NCBI GenBank assembly: GCA_964016885.1
Contig: OZ024744.1
Location: forward strand, 32,116,001 to 32,180,000
Source: Eledone cirrhosa
Taxonomy: Eukaryota
DNA length: 64,000 nt
Direction of reading: 5' to 3'
Made by a program: the position numbers and the translations under genes. The notes under the pieces were generated by a model. It was given only the letters and a program-made list of their open reading frames with translations. It did no database searches and had not been told where the DNA came from. Shown in pieces: positions 39,545 through 53,900 of this stretch; the first letter of the stretch is position 1; each line of letters starts with the position of its first letter.

Positions 39545-42500
39545 TTTTCTTTATTAACCACAAGGGTTCACATAAAGTAGACATTAAGGACAGTACAGGA
39601 CAATACAGGACGGTACAAATGGGCATTTCTGCGTGTAAAAAAAAACAGAGGTTGAAATAAAATAACAAAGAAAAATTCCCCAATACGGGGGAGACTTCCA
39701 AGGGACATTTGTGGAGAAAGCCCATTAAAAGACCACAGTGGCCCTGACCACCAGGGCAAGTGCCCTCTCCCAGTTTTCCACCTTTAATTTACAGACACAT
39801 ACTCAGAGAAGGCCCATTCATTCGGGCCATACTTGCTTCTCTCACCCATCTTTCAACAAAATGCTGGGAAGAGAGCTCTTCCCTCTCTACCCTGACTTTC
39901 CTTTTCGAATGAAATTTGAAAAAGTTAATCAGGGCATCACCGAAGAGGTAAGTGCTCGTTTCAGCCCTTTCAAACGTGTCCACCATACTATCTCTTTCGC
40001 CATGGCCACCAGACAGTTAAAAACTGCCTGCCCTTCCACGCTAAAGGAAGGGGGCGGGGCAATCCTCACGATGGACTCAGCTGATAGCTGGATCCGTCCT
40101 ACACGTGACAGCAGGTGTTCGACATAAACCCACAAGTCAGCAATGCTCGGACACTGGACGAGTGCGTGCAGGACGGTTTCGTCGCCCTGCGCGCATCTCG
40201 GACATGCCCGGTTGACGGCACCTCCATGCCTGTAGAGTTTATCCCGAACTGGCAAAGCTCCTCGGTAGCACTGCCAGGCCAGGGATTTCTGGAAGTTGTC
40301 CATTGTCCATGTACGCATTCGCCACCTCCGCTCGACCTTTCAGGGATAGCTTCCTCTCGGCCCATTTCTGGGTGAGAGAAGCCACCCTGCTCGTCACCTC
40401 GTCCCAGTTTTTGTCCGTCTGGAGGTCTGAACCGAACCAGACCCCTAGCAATTTAACCGGTCCGACCGTCCAGCGCCCGACGACGCTGTTGGACGGCATG
40501 GACCTGCCTCTCCAGGTGCCGAGCTGCAGGCCCACTGACTTTTCCTGGTTGATCATTGCTCCTGTCACCGCTTCGTATTCTCTTAGTGTAGTGCCGATCG
40601 CCTCGATGTGTTTGGCGTTCGACACCACTACGGTGACATCGTCGGCATATGCTGACACGGATCTTCCGCATCCTAGTTCGCGCGGGACCCCCCTCAACGT
40701 CTCCAGTTTGTGCAGTAATGGCTCGAGAGTCAATACGTACAATAGGGACGAGGGGGGACATCCTTGGCGGACCGAGCGCATGATGTTGAACGGTTCCGAA
40801 AGGTGACCGTTCACTCTCACTACAGAGCAGATGTCGCTGTGCATGGCAGCGATCCAGCCTCTGAAGACGGGCCCAAAGCCAGCCGCCCTCAGGACTGCCG
40901 TTTGGTAACGATGGTCGACCCTATCGAAGGCTTTCGACTGATCTAAATTGATCAAAGACCCACCCGTGCCAGGTTCCCTAGCTACCCTCTCTACGATGTA
41001 TCGCATGAGGTGGAGGTTGTCGTGGATGGATCTGTCGGGAATGGCGCATGTCTGTGCCTCTCCCACCAGACCACCAACGACAAGCGCCAACCTCTTTGCT
41101 AGCACCTTGGCCAAAATCTTGAACTCTGTGTTTAGCAGAGTTATGGGCCTAAAATTATCTATGTTATCCCCCTTGTTCGGATCCTTTCTCAGCAGCGCCA
41201 CCGCTCCTCGGCTCACAGAGCTGGGAATTCTCCCGTTCTGTTGCCAGTTGCAGTAGACGTCCGCCAAGAGGCCTCCGAACAAGTTTGGCATTTGTACGTA
41301 AAGTTCATAGGGCAGACCATCCAAACCAGGCGATTTACCCCTTGTGCAACTAGTCATTGCATCCCGTACTTCAGCGGTTGTTATCGGCTTTTCGCAACAC
41401 TCCGCCTCAGTGGCCGAAAGCCGCGGCAGTCCGTCGAGGTAGACACTAAAGTCCATCCCTCGATCCGGCCCGCCACTGCCCCCGAACAGTTGAGCGAAGT
41501 GTCGCTGAAAAGCTTCACACATTTGCCCGGGATCGAGTAGCATGCGCCCGTCGTGGTCCACCAAACACCGGATCGTGGCTTTGTTGCCACGACGCGCCTC
41601 CGCCACTCGGGCCCATTGAACGGCTTTCGTCCCCTCGTGTCTGAGAGCACGCACCCTAGCTCTGACAACGCAGCCTTCGTGCTTTGCATTGAAGAATTGG
41701 TCAAGGGCCAATTTCGCCGCAAGTACATCGGTCGCGATGCCTTTGCTAAGCGCCTCGTCTAATTTTCTAACTAATTCTCCCTCTGCTCTATTTTTCTCTA
41801 TTGCTAAAGTCTTACTAAACCTAATGGAGTCTATTCTAATTGCTCTTTTCAGAGCAAACCACCACTTGTTGTTGACGATGGCCCCCGTCAACGCCCGCTT
41901 AACTAGTTCGCTAATCCGGTCTCTGTAGGCCTTGCGCGCTGGTAAGGACGCGTTTAGCTTCCAGTAGCCGGGTCCTCGTCTATGAAGCCTATCTTAGTCA
42001 AGCACACAGATCACGAATTTGTGGTCCGTGTAGCTGACTATCTTGAATTGTGGACAGCCTATGCTAGACCTATCTATTTCCCTACAAAATACTCTATCTA
42101 GATATGATCTGGATGACCCTATACGATTTGTCCAAGTCCACATTGGTACATTCGGGAAATCCATTCGGTACCTGTCAGACAGTTCAAAACGTCTGAGCAG
42201 GTTGGTGAGACTCTTGCACCCTCCTTCCCTATCCACTAATCCCACACAATCCCTGCGTGCATCTAAGATCCCGTTCCAGTCGCCCACTAACTCTAAAGAG
42301 CGGGACGTTCCAAGAAAGGTCTCCAGATGCCGGAAGAAATCAGGCCTCCCTGCTCCTGTCGGGGCATAGACGGCCACTAACCTGAAAGCTTGCCCGTCTC
42401 CGCTGGTCACGTCCAGCACCACCAACTTACCTTCTGGGTCCAGGAAGATGGCCCGTATGGCAAGATCCAAACCTCTCCGAAAAAGCACAGCAACTCCTCC

Positions 42501-44938
42501 CCCCGATCCCGGACGGCTGGGAGATGCGTACACATCGTAGCCGCCGAAGATCGGTGCGAAAGCCCGTGCTTCGGAGATTATGGTTTCGCTGATGGCCACT
42601 ACATCTATGTTTAGTGACCTGAGGCCGTTGAGCAGGTCGCCCTGCTTCCATGACGACCCCAAGCCACGCGCATTTATGCTGCCTATTCTGAGTGAGGTCA
42701 TGTTGAAAAGGAGTGGAAAAGATGGGAAAGACCACTTACCTTACTTCTCGTAGGGGAAGGACGGCTTTTCCATCCTTTTCACTGCTTGTGGCCTCCTCAG
42801 GAAGGATGTCCTTATAAATCCTCCTGGAGAGTGCTTGTCGGAAGTCTCCGATGTCTTTGGGGAATTTTTGTTTTAGTGTCATGTACGTTTTCTGTGTGAT
42901 GCGAGTGATTTGTATGTATGGAGGTGGTGTGAATTTTGGGGTTGTTGTGTAGTCTTTTTCTGTGATGCTGGTGTTGTGTTGGATGTAGTGTAATAATTGC
43001 TTGTTGTTCAAATTTAATGCTGTGTAGTGTGTATCGTTTTGGTTGTTTTGTTTTGTTTGCGTTTGTTGTGGGTTTGTTTCTGTTTCGCATTTTGGTGACT
43101 TTTGTGGTGTAGGTGATGGTGGTGCTGGGGATAATGATGGTGATGGTGTTGGTGTTTGGGTTGATGGGGTTGGTGATGCTGGTGTGGATGGTGGTATATC
43201 TGTCCTAACTTTTTCTGTTTCTTAGTTTATTTGTTTCCCTCTGTATTTTGTTTTTGGAGGGGGAAGGAAGAGAATTTTTATTTTTTTGGTTTCTTTTTTT
43301 TTTTCCGGATATCGTTTCCCACTCCTCGTCGTCACAATCTGTCTCTAGTTGTGATAGGCCGGGGAGTGGAAAATCCTCCACAGCCGTTAGTTTTGGTTGT
43401 GGTGTGGTGGATGGTGTAGGCGCTGGTGTTAGTTCTGAAGCGTTGGGTGGTGGTGGTGTTGGTTTTGCTGGTGGTGGTAGTGGTGTTGGTTTTGCTACTG
43501 TTGCTGGGGTTGTTGCTGTTATAGTTGCTTCTGTTGTTGCTGCTACAGTTGTTGCTGCCATCTCTGCTACTGGTGGTGTTGATGGTTGTGTCACTGGGGT
43601 GGGTAGGAGAGGTGGCCTCAACCTTTTAGCCTGAGGGCAGAAAGCCCTTAGGTGGGTTCCTTCACCACAAACGACACACCTAGGTCTTCTGCCCTCGACA
43701 ATTACCGTGAGGTGGCTGCCGTCAGTGAGGTCTATTACCTCTGGGATCTCCTCAATGCTTTTTTGGTCCCCTTGGATCAGGAGCTCCATCCCAGATCCGG
43801 ACCAGTTTTCCTGCTTTTCTTTTGCTACTGCTATTATTTTCGTGTTGGCTTCGATGCCGGCGAGGACAGCCGCTATTAGCCAGGGAATTTCGATGGCCGT
43901 TGGAACGTGGGTCACCCTGATCTTTACGAGTCTCTGGCCACAATAGCTTGGGACGAGTGTGAGGTCGTCACTTTTTAATGGGGCCATGGAGTGTTCTCTA
44001 GCCTCCTCTGGTGTTTCAAAGAACACATCCACGGTTCCATACTTTTGCCCACGTCTGATGTGGGTTTTTCTTGCTCACACATGTCCCAAAGCTTTTTGGA
44101 TTTGGGACTCGGATGCCCGTTCCACTCGGCGCGATTTCACATTTATTGTTCTATACGACACGGTGCACAGGCGCCGATGCTCCATTTTATTAGGTGGGGG
44201 GGGGGGGCTGACCCTGTACCCATCTTTCTTTACCATTTGTTTGGCATTTTCTAAATCTTCTTGAGTTACCGTGAACGCTTCGAATTGTTTTGCTACGATG
44301 GCGAAACTGAGGGTCGGTTTTATAATGTCATTGTTGTTGTTGTTGCTATCGTTATTTGTGTTAATCTTAATTTTGTTTCAGTTGTGGTGGTGCTGACGTC
44401 ATTCGTCTTTGGTGCGGAAGAGTCCATTTTGCTTGATTTCGTTTCGACATCACGAGTTAATTTATTTTTTTCTTCTTTTGTTTCTGTTGTCGCGGTGGTG
44501 GTGGGGGTGGTGGTTGTCGCGGTGGTGGTGGTGGAGGCTTTAACACCTGCAGTCATTGGTAATGGCGGGAAATGAATGTCTGCCTCAGACAAATTTAAAA
44601 TATTGCTACTGCTTATATTTTTTTTTTTTTGTGTTGGCAAACGTAGTAACATTTACAATGGTGATGTCGGTGTGAGGTGTTATTTTGTGAGGAAGGCTTT
44701 CAGCTGCTTCGTGCAGAGGGGAATTAGCCAATTTTTTTCAAAGAAATTTTTGGATAATAATAAAAGGTAAAGTTTTGGGCACAAGGCCCCAATCTTTTTG
44801 GATGTCCTTTTCGGAAAACAATGTATGTGCGCTTATAAACAGTTAACAATAAAATTTTCCATAAATGACAATTTTTAACAAACGGAATAACAAACCTTTG
44901 CGGAGCTCACGATGATACGATTTACTAAGTAGGTCGCC
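39544..44938 (-). mobile_element. Tx1-like element B1 (full-length ends, ~510-bp internal deletion in ORF2)
   Basis: ORF1 pieces (CVVCGEGTHLRAFC knuckle), APE ORF 41994-42701, RT ORF 40239-41891. AATAAA precedes the (ATT)n, and (AAT)n lies on both sides. Confidence 0.93.
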
Positions 44939-44986
<48 letters not shown>

Positions 44987-44987
<1 letters not shown>

Positions 44988-47900
44988 TTTTCTTTATTAA
45001 CCACAAGGGTTTACATAAAGTAGACATTAAGGACAGTACAGGATATTACAGGACGGTACAAATGGGCATTTCTGCGTGTAAAAAAAACAGAGGATGAAAT
45101 AAAATAACAAAGAAAAATTCCCCAATAGGGGGGAGACTTCCGAGGGACATTTGTGGAGAAAGCCCATTAAAAGACCACAGTGGCCCTGACCACCAGGGCA
45201 AGTGCCCTCTCCCAGTTTTCCACCTTTAATTTACAGACACATACTCAGAGAAGGCCCATTCATTCGGGCCATACTTGCTTCTCTCACCCATCTTTCAACA
45301 AAATGCTGGGTAGAGAGCACTCCCCTCTCTACCCTGATTTTCCTTTTCAGATGAAATTTGAAAAAGTTAATCAGGGCATCACCGAAGAGGTAAGTGCTCG
45401 TCTTCAGCCCTTTCAAACGTGTCCACCATACTATCTCTTTCGCCATGGCCACCAGACAGATAAAAACTGCCTGCTCTTCCCGGCTAAATGAAGAGGGCGG
45501 GGCAATCCTCACGATGGACTCAGCTGATAGCTGGATCCGTCCTACACGTGACAGCAGGTGTTCGACATAAACCCACAAGTCAGCAATGCTTGGACACTGG
45601 ACGAGTGCGTGCAGGACGGTTTCGTCGCCCTGTGCGCATCTCGGACATGGCCGGCTGACGGCACCTCCATGCCTGTAAAGTTTATCCCGAACTGGCAAAG
45701 CACCCCGGTAGCACTGCCAGGCCAGGGATTTCTGGAAGTTGTCCATAGGCCCCGGCCCGAAAGTTCTTCCGAAGAGATTGGCTAGTTGATTTTCGTCGAC
45801 ACCTAGAGTTTCTCCAAGTACGTCGTCGCTCTTCCCCTCCACTAATCCCCTATAGAACGCCAAGGTGGAGTTTCCACCGATCACGTTGCCCGATTGGTCG
45901 AGGGCTGTGAGCGCCTGAAGACATTCCAGTCTCCAAGCGTTCCCTCTCGGTCTTCGCTTGACCCAGGACTGCAGCTCCGTCAAGGAGACAAGCTGGGGAA
46001 AAACGTGTCTAGCAAACGGCGACCACACCTGATCACCGTCGAGGAAGAGGTGGAGATGTCGTAGCCTGAGCGCGTGTCTGCGCATCATCAGCCACGGCAT
46101 GCCCAGCCCTCCACGTAGCGGGTGTTGACAGCAGATGGACCGCCTGACAATCGGAGCGCGTCCCTTCCACAAGAAGCAAAAGAGCAAACGCTCCAGCGCA
46201 GTCAGGCGGGGCTTAGGACAAGGTACGACGGTCAGGCGGTAGTAGATGACGGATGCGATGTACGCATTCGCCACCTCCGCTCGACCTTTCAGGGATAGCT
46301 TCCTCTCGGCCCATTTCTGGGTGAGAGAAGCCACCCTGCTCGTCACCTCGTCCCAGTTTTTGTCCGTCTGGAGGTCTGGACCGAACCAGACCCCTAGCAA
46401 TTTAACCGGTCCGTCCGTCCAGCGCCCGACGACGCTGTTGGACGGTATGGACCTGCTTCTCCAGGTGCCGAGCTGCAGGCCCACTGACTTTTCCTGGTTG
46501 ATCATTGCTCCTGTCACCGCTTCGTATTCTCTTAGTGTAGTGCCGATTGCCTCGATGTGTTTGGCGTTCGACACCACTACGGTGACATCGTCGGCATATG
46601 CTGACACGGATCTTCCGCATCCTAGTTCGCGCGGGACCCCCCTCAACGTCTCCAGTTTGTGCAGTAATGGCTCGAGAGTCAATACGTACAATAGGGACGA
46701 GAGGGGACATCCTTGGCGGACCGAGCGCATGATGTTGAACGGTTCCGAAAGGTGACCGTTCACTCTCACTACAGAGCAGATGTCGCTGTGCATGGCAGCG
46801 ATCCAGCCTCTGAAGACGGGCCCAAAGCCAGCCGCCCTCAGGACTGCCGTTTGGTAACGATGGTCGACCCTATCGAAGGCTTTCGACTGATCTAAATTGA
46901 TCAAAGACCCACCCGTGCCAGGTTCCCTAGCTACCCTCTCTACGATGTATCGCATGAGGTGGAGGTTGTCGTGGATGGATCTGTCGGGAATGGCGCATGT
47001 CTGTGCCTCTCCCACCAGACCACCAACGACAAGCGCCAACCTCTTTGCTAGCACCTTGGCCAAAATCTTGAACTCTGTGTTTAGCAGAGTTATGGGCCTA
47101 AAATTATCTATGTTATCCCCCTTGTTCGGATCCTTTCTCAGCAGCGCCACCGCTCCTCGACTCACAGAGCTGGGAATTCTCCCGTTCTGTTGCCAGTTGC
47201 AGTAGACGTCCGCCAAGAGGCCTCCGAACAAGTCTGGTATTTGTACGTAAAGTTCATAGGGCAGACCATCCAAACCAGGCGATTTACACCTTGTGCAACT
47301 AGTCATTGCATCCCGTACTTCAGCGGTTGTTATCGGCTTTTCGCAACACTCCGCCTCAGTGGCCGAAAGCCGCGGCAGTCCGTCGAGGTAGACACTAAAG
47401 TCAATCCCTCGATCCGGCCCGCCACTGCCCCCGAACAGTTGAGCGAAGTGTCGCTGAAAAGCTTCACACATTTACCCGGGATCGAGTAGCATGCACCCGT
47501 CGTGGTCCACCAAAGACCGGATCGTGGCTTTGTTACCACGACGCGCCTCCGCCACTCGGGCTCATTGAACGGCTTTCGTCCCCTCGTGTCTGAGAGCACG
47601 CACCTTAGCTCTGACAACGCAGCCTTCGTGCTTTGCATTGAAGAATTGGTCAAGGGCCAATTTCGCCGCAAGTACGTCGGTCGCGATGCCTTTGCTAAGC
47701 GCCTCGTCTAATTTTCTAACTAATTCCCCCTCTGCTCTATTTTTCTCTATTGCTAAAGCCTTACTAAACCTAATGGAGTCTATTCTAATTGCTCTTTTCA
47801 CGAGCAAACCACCACTTGTTGTTGACGATGGCCCCCGTCAACGCCCGCTTAACTAGTTCGCTAATCCGGTCTCTGTAGGCCTTGCGCGCTGGTAAGGACG

Positions 47901-50873
47901 CGTTTAGCTTCCAGTAGCCGGGTCCTCGTCTATGAAGCCTATCTAATCAAGCACATAGATCACGAATTTGTGGTCGGTGTAGCTGATTATCTTGAATTGT
48001 GGACAGCCTATGCTAGACCTATCTATTTCTCTACAAAATACTCTATCTAGATATGATCTGGATGACCCTATACGATTTGTCCAAGTCCACATTGGTACAT
48101 TCGGGAAATCCATTCGGTACCTGTCAGACAGTTCAAAACGTCTGTGTAGGTTGGTGAGACTCTTGCACCCTCCTTCCCTATCCACTAATCCCACACAATC
48201 CCAGCGTGCATCTAAGATCCCGTTCCAGTCGCCCACTAACACTAAAGAGCGGGACGTTCCAAGAAAGGTCTCCAGACGCCGGAAGAAAGCAGGCCGCCCT
48301 GCTCCTGTCGGGGCATAGACGGCCACTAACCTGAAAGCTTGCCCGTCTCCGCTGGTCACGTCCAGCACCACCAACTTACCTTCTGGGTCCAGGAAGATGG
48401 CCCGTATGGCAAGATCCAAACCTCTCCGAAAAAGCACAGCAACTCCTCCCCCCGATCCCGGACGGCTGGGAGATGCGTACACATCGTAGCCGCCGAAGAT
48501 CGGTGCGAATGCCCGTGCTTCGGAGATTATGGTCTCGCTGATGGCCACTACATCTATGTTTAGTGACCTGAGGTCGTTGAGCAGGTCGCCCTGCTTCCAT
48601 GACGACCCCAAGCCACGAGCATTTATGCTGCCTATTCTGAGTGAGGTCATGTTGAAAAGGAGTGGAAAAGATGGGAAAGACCACTTACCTTACTTCTCGT
48701 AGGGGAAGGACGGTTTTTCCATCCTTTTCACTGCTTGTGGCCTCCTCAGGAAGGATGTCCTTATAAATCCTCCTGGAGAGTGCTTGTCGGAAGTCTCCGA
48801 TGTCTTTGGGGAATTTTTGTTTTAGTGTCATGTACGTTTTCTGTGTGATGCGAGTGATTTTTATGTGTGGAGGTGGTGTGAATTTTTGGCTTGTTGTGTA
48901 GTCTTTTTCTGTGATGCTGGTGTTGTGTTGGATGTAGTGTAATAATTGCTTGTTGTTCAACTTTAATGTTGTGTAGTGTGTATCGTTTTGGTTGTTTTGT
49001 TTTGTTTGCGTTTGTTGTGGGTTTGTTTCTGTTTCGCATTTTGGTGACTTTTGTGGTGTAGGTGATGGTGGTGTTGGGGTTAATGATGGTGATGGTGTTG
49101 GTGTTTGGGTTGATGGGGTTGGTGATGCTGGTGTGGATGGTGGCATATCTGTCCTAACTTTTTTGTTTGTTAATTTATTTGTTTCCCTCTGTATTTTGTT
49201 TTTGGAGGGGGAAGGAAGAGAATTTTTTCTTTTTTGGTTTCTTTTTTTTTTTTTCCTGATACCGTTTCCCACTCCTCGTCGTCACAATCTGTCTCCAGTT
49301 GTGATAGGCCGGGGAGTGGAAAATCCTCCACAGGCGTTAGTTTTGGTTGTGGCGTGGTGGATGGTGTAGGCGCTGGTGTTAGTTCTGAAGCGTTGGGTGG
49401 TGGTGGTGTTGGTTTTGCTGGTGGTGGTGGTGTTGGTTTTGCTACTGTTGCTGGGGTTGTTGCTGTTATAGTTGCTACAGTTGTTGCTGCCATCTCTGCT
49501 ACTGGTGGTGTTGATGGTTGTGTCACTGCGGTGGGTAGGAGAGGTGGCGTCAACCTTTTAGCCTGAGGGCAGAAAGCCCTTAGGTGGGTTCCTTCACCAC
49601 AAACGACACACCTAGGCCTTCTGCCCTCGACAATTACGGTGAGGTGGCTGCCGTCAGTGAGGTCTATTACCTCTGGAATCTCCTCAATGCTTTTTTGGTC
49701 CGCTTGGATCAGGAGCTCCATCCCAGATCCGGCCTAGTTCTCCTGCTTTTCTTTTGCTATTGCTATTATCTTTGTGTTGGCTTCGATGCCGGGAGGACGG
49801 CCGCTATTAGCCAGGGAATTTCGATGGCCGGTGGAACGTGGGTCACCCTGATCTTTACGTGTCTCTGGCCACAATAGCTTGGGACGAGTGTGAAGTCGTC
49901 ACTTCTTAATGGGGCCATGGAGTGTTCTCTAGCCTCCTCTGGTGTTTCAAAAAACACGTCCACGGTTCCATACTTCTGCCCACGTCTGATGTGGGTTTTT
50001 CTTGCTCACACATGTACCAAAGCTTTTTGGATTTGGGACTCGGATGCCCGTTCCACTCGGCGCGATTTTACATTTATTGTTCGATACGACACGGTGCATA
50101 GGCGCCGATGCTCCATTTTATTAAGTGTGGGGGGGGGGGCTGACCCTGTACCCATCTTTCTTTACCATTTGTTTGGCATTTTCTAAATCCTCCTGAGTTA
50201 CCGTAAATGCTTCAAACTGTTTTGCTACTCTGGCAAAACTCAGGGTGGTTTTTTTAATGTCATTGTTGTTGTTGTTGCTACCGTTATTTTTGTTATTATT
50301 AATTTTAGTTTCAGTTGTGGTGGTGGTGACGTCAGTGAAAGTCAGTTTGGGAGAGTCCATTTTGGTTGAAAATATTTCGACATCACGAGTTGATATATTT
50401 TTTCCTTTTGTTTCTGTTGTCGCGGTGGTGGTGGGGTGGTGGTTGTCGCGGTGGGGGTGGTGGTGGCGGCTTTAACACCTGCAGTCATTGATAATGGCGG
50501 GAAATGAATGTCTGCCTGAGACAAATTTAAAATATTGCTACTGCTTATATTTTTTTTTTTTTGTGTTGGCAAACGTAGTAACATTTACAATGGTGATGTC
50601 GGTGTGAGGTGTTAATTGGTGAGGAAGGCTTTCAGCTGCTTGGTGTAGAGGTGAATTAGCCATTTTTTTTTCAATGAAATTTTTTGATAATCATAAAAGT
50701 TTAAATTTTGGGCACAAGGCCCCAATCTTTTTGGGTGTCCTTTTCGGAAAACAATGTATGTGCGCTTATATATAGTTAACAATAAAAATTTTCCATACAT
50801 GGCAATTTTTAACAAACGGAAATAACAAACCTTTGCGGAGCTCACGATGATACGATTTACTACGTAGGTCGCC
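44987..50873 (-). mobile_element. Tx1-like element B2 (full-length, frameshifted)
   Basis: Very similar to B1 end to end. APE ORF 47943-48650, RT-CCHC ORF 45231-47471. (AAT)n on both sides. Confidence 0.94.
45231..47471 (-). CDS. B2 reverse transcriptase + C-terminal Cys finger (746-aa open part of ORF2)
   Basis: KSPGLDGLPYE, NFRPITLLN, DQSKAFDRV, VRQGCPLS, AYADDV, CPRC..ETVLHALVQC. Confidence 0.85.
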   Translation of the reverse strand: MCEAFQRHFAQLFGGSGGPDRGIDFSVYLDGLPRLSATEAECCEKPITTAEVRDAMTSCTRCKSPGLDGLPYELYVQIPDLFGGLLADVYCNWQQNGRIPSSVSRGAVALLRKDPNKGDNIDNFRPITLLNTEFKILAKVLAKRLALVVGGLVGEAQTCAIPDRSIHDNLHLMRYIVERVAREPGTGGSLINLDQSKAFDRVDHRYQTAVLRAAGFGPVFRGWIAAMHSDICSVVRVNGHLSEPFNIMRSVRQGCPLSSLLYVLTLEPLLHKLETLRGVPRELGCGRSVSAYADDVTVVVSNAKHIEAIGTTLREYEAVTGAMINQEKSVGLQLGTWRSRSIPSNSVVGRWTDGPVKLLGVWFGPDLQTDKNWDEVTSRVASLTQKWAERKLSLKGRAEVANAYIASVIYYRLTVVPCPKPRLTALERLLFCFLWKGRAPIVRRSICCQHPLRGGLGMPWLMMRRHALRLRHLHLFLDGDQVWSPFARHVFPQLVSLTELQSWVKRRPRGNAWRLECLQALTALDQSGNVIGGNSTLAFYRGLVEGKSDDVLGETLGVDENQLANLFGRTFGPGPMDNFQKSLAWQCYRGALPVRDKLYRHGGAVSRPCPRCAQGDETVLHALVQCPSIADLWVYVEHLLSRVGRIQLSAESIVRIAPPSSFSREEQAVFICLVAMAKEIVWWTRLKGLKTSTYLFGDALINFFKFHLKRKIRVERGVLSTQHFVERWVREASMARMNGPSLSMCL

Positions 50874-50920
<47 letters not shown>

Positions 50921-50936
50921 TAATAATAATAATAAT

Positions 50937-53900
50937 GTTTTCTTTATTAACCACAAGGGTTTACATAAAGTAGACATTAAGGACAGTATAGGACAATACA
51001 GGACGGTACAAATGGGCATTTCTGCGTGTAAAAAATAGAGGATGTAATAAAATAACAAAGAAAAATTCCCCAATAGGGGGGAGACTTCCGAGGGACATTT
51101 GTGGAGAAAGCCCATTAAAAGACCACAGTGACCCTGACCACCAGGGCAAGTACCCTCTCCCAGTTTTCCACCTTTAATTTACAGACACATACTCAGAGTA
51201 GGCCCATTCACTCGGGCCATACTTACTTCTCTCACCCATCTTTCCACAAAATGCTGGGAAGAGAGCACTTCCCTCTCTAATCTGATTTTCCTTTTCAAAT
51301 GAAATTTGAAAAAGTCAATCAGGACATCACCGAAGAGGTAAGTGCTCGTCTTCAGCCATTTCAAACGTGTCCACCATACTATCTCTTTCGCCATGGCCAC
51401 CAGACAAATAAAAACTGCCTGCTCTTCCCGGCTAAAGGAAGAGGGCGGGGCAATCCTCACGATGGACTCAGATGATAGCCGGATCCGTCCTACACGCGAC
51501 AGCAGTTGTTCGACATAAACCCACAAGTCAGCAATTTTCGGACACTGGACGAGTGCGTGCAGGACGGTTTCGTTGCCCTGCGCGCATCTCGGACATACCC
51601 GGCTGACGGCACCTCCATGCCTGTAGAGTTTATCCCGAACTGGCAAGTCTCCACGGTAGCACTGCCAGGCCAGAGATTTCTGGAAGTTTTCCATAGGCCC
51701 CGGCCCGAAAGTTCTTCCGAAATGATTGGCTAGTTGATTTTCGTCGACGCCTAGATTTTCCCCAAGTACGTCGTCGCTCTTACCCTCCACTAATACTCTA
51801 TAGAACGCCGAGGTGGAGTTTCCACCGATCACATTGCCCGATTGTTCGAGGGATGTGAGCGCCTGAAGACATTCCAGTCTCCAGCCGCACCCTCTCGGTC
51901 TTCGCTTGACCCAGTACTGCAGCTCCGTCAAGGAAACGAGCTGGGGAAATATGCGTCAAGCAAACTGCGACCACACCTGATCACCGTCGAGGAATAGGTG
52001 GAGATGTCGTAGCCTGAGCGCGTGTCTGCGCATCATCAGCCACGGCATGCCCAGCCCCCCACGTAGCGGGTGTTGACAGCAGATGGACCGCCTGACCATC
52101 GGAGCGCGTCGCTTCCACAAAAAGCGAAAGAGCAAACGCTCCAGCGCTGTCAGGCGGGGCTTAGGACAAGGTACGACGGTCAGGCGGTAGTAGATGACGG
52201 ACGCGATGTACGCGTTAGCCACCTCCGCTCGACCTTTCAGGGATAGCTTCCTCTCGGCCCATTTCTGGGTGAGAGAAGCCACCCTGCTCGTCACCTCGTC
52301 CCAGATGTTGTCCGTCTGGAGGTCCGGACCGAACCAGACCCCTAGCAATTTAACCGGTCCGTCCGTCCAGCGCCCGACGGCGCTGTTGGACGGCATGGAC
52401 CTGCCTCTCCAGGTGCCGAGATGCAGGCCCAATGACTTTTCCTGGTTGATCATTGCTCCTATCACCGCTTCGTATTCTCTTAGTGTAGTGCCGATCGCCT
52501 CGATGTGTTTGGCGTTCGACACCACTACGGTGACATCGTTCGCATCCTAGTTCGCGTGGGACCCCCCTCAACGTCTCCAGTTTGTGCAGTAATGGCTTGA
52601 GAGTCAATACGTACAATAGGGACGAGAGGGGACATCCTTGGCGGACCGAGCGCATGATGTTGAACGGTTCCGAAAGGTGACCGTTCACTCTCACTACAGA
52701 GCAGATGTCGCTGTGCATGGCAGCGATCCAGCCTCTGAAGACGGGCCCAAAGCCAGCCGGCCTCAGGACTGCCGCTAGGTAACGATGGCGACCCTATCGA
52801 AAGCTTTCGACTGATCTAAATTGATCAAGGACCGACCCATGCCAGGTTCCCTAGCTACCCTCTCTACGATGTATCGCATGAGGTGGAGGTTGTCGTGGAT
52901 GGATCTGTCGGGAATGGCGCATGTCTGCGCCTCTCCCACCAGACCACCAACGACAAGCGCCAACCTCTTTGCTAGAACCTTGGCCAAAATCTTGAACTCT
53001 GTGTTTAGCAGAGTTATGGGCCTGAAATTATCTGTTATCCCCCTTGTTCGGATCCTTTCTCAGCAGTTTCACCGCTCCTCTACACAGAGCTGGGAATTCT
53101 CCCGTTCTGTTGCCAGTTGCAGTAGACGTCCGCCAAGAGGCCTCCGAACAAGTCTGGCATCTGTACGTAAAGTTCATAGAGCAGACCATCCAAACCAGGC
53201 GATTTACCCCTTGCGCAGCCAGTCATTGCCTCCCGTACTTCAGCGGCTGTTATCGGCTTTTCGCAACACTCCGCCTCAGTGGCCGAAAGCCGCGGCAATC
53301 CGTCGAGGTAGACACTAAAGTCCATCCCTCGACCCGGCCCACTGCTGCCCCCGAAGAGCTGATCGAAGTGTCGCTGAAAAGCTTCACACATTTGCCCGGG
53401 ATCGAGTAGCATGCGCCCGTCGTGGTCCACCAAAGACCGGATCGTGGCTTTGTTGCCACGACGCGCCTCCGCCACTCGGGCCCATTGAACGGCTTTCGTC
53501 CCCTCGTGTCTGAGAGCACGCACCTTAGCTCTGACAACGCAGCCTTCGTGCTTTGCATTGAAGAATTGGTCAAGGGCCAATTTCGCCGTAAGTACGTCGG
53601 TCGCGATGCCTTTGCTAAGCGCCTCGTCTAATTTTCTAACTAGTTCTCCCTCTGCTTTATCTTTCTCTATTGCTAAAGCCTTACTAAACCTAATGGAGTC
53701 TATTCTAATTGCTCTTTTCACGAGCAAACCACCACTTGTTGTTGACGATGACCCCCGTCAACGCCCGCTTAACTAGTTCGCTAATCCGGTCTCTGTAGGT
53801 CTTGCGCGCTGGTAAGGATGCGTTTAGCTTCCAGTAGCCGGGTCCTCGTCTATGAAGCCTATCTAATCAAGCACATAGATCACAAATTTGTGGTCGGTGT

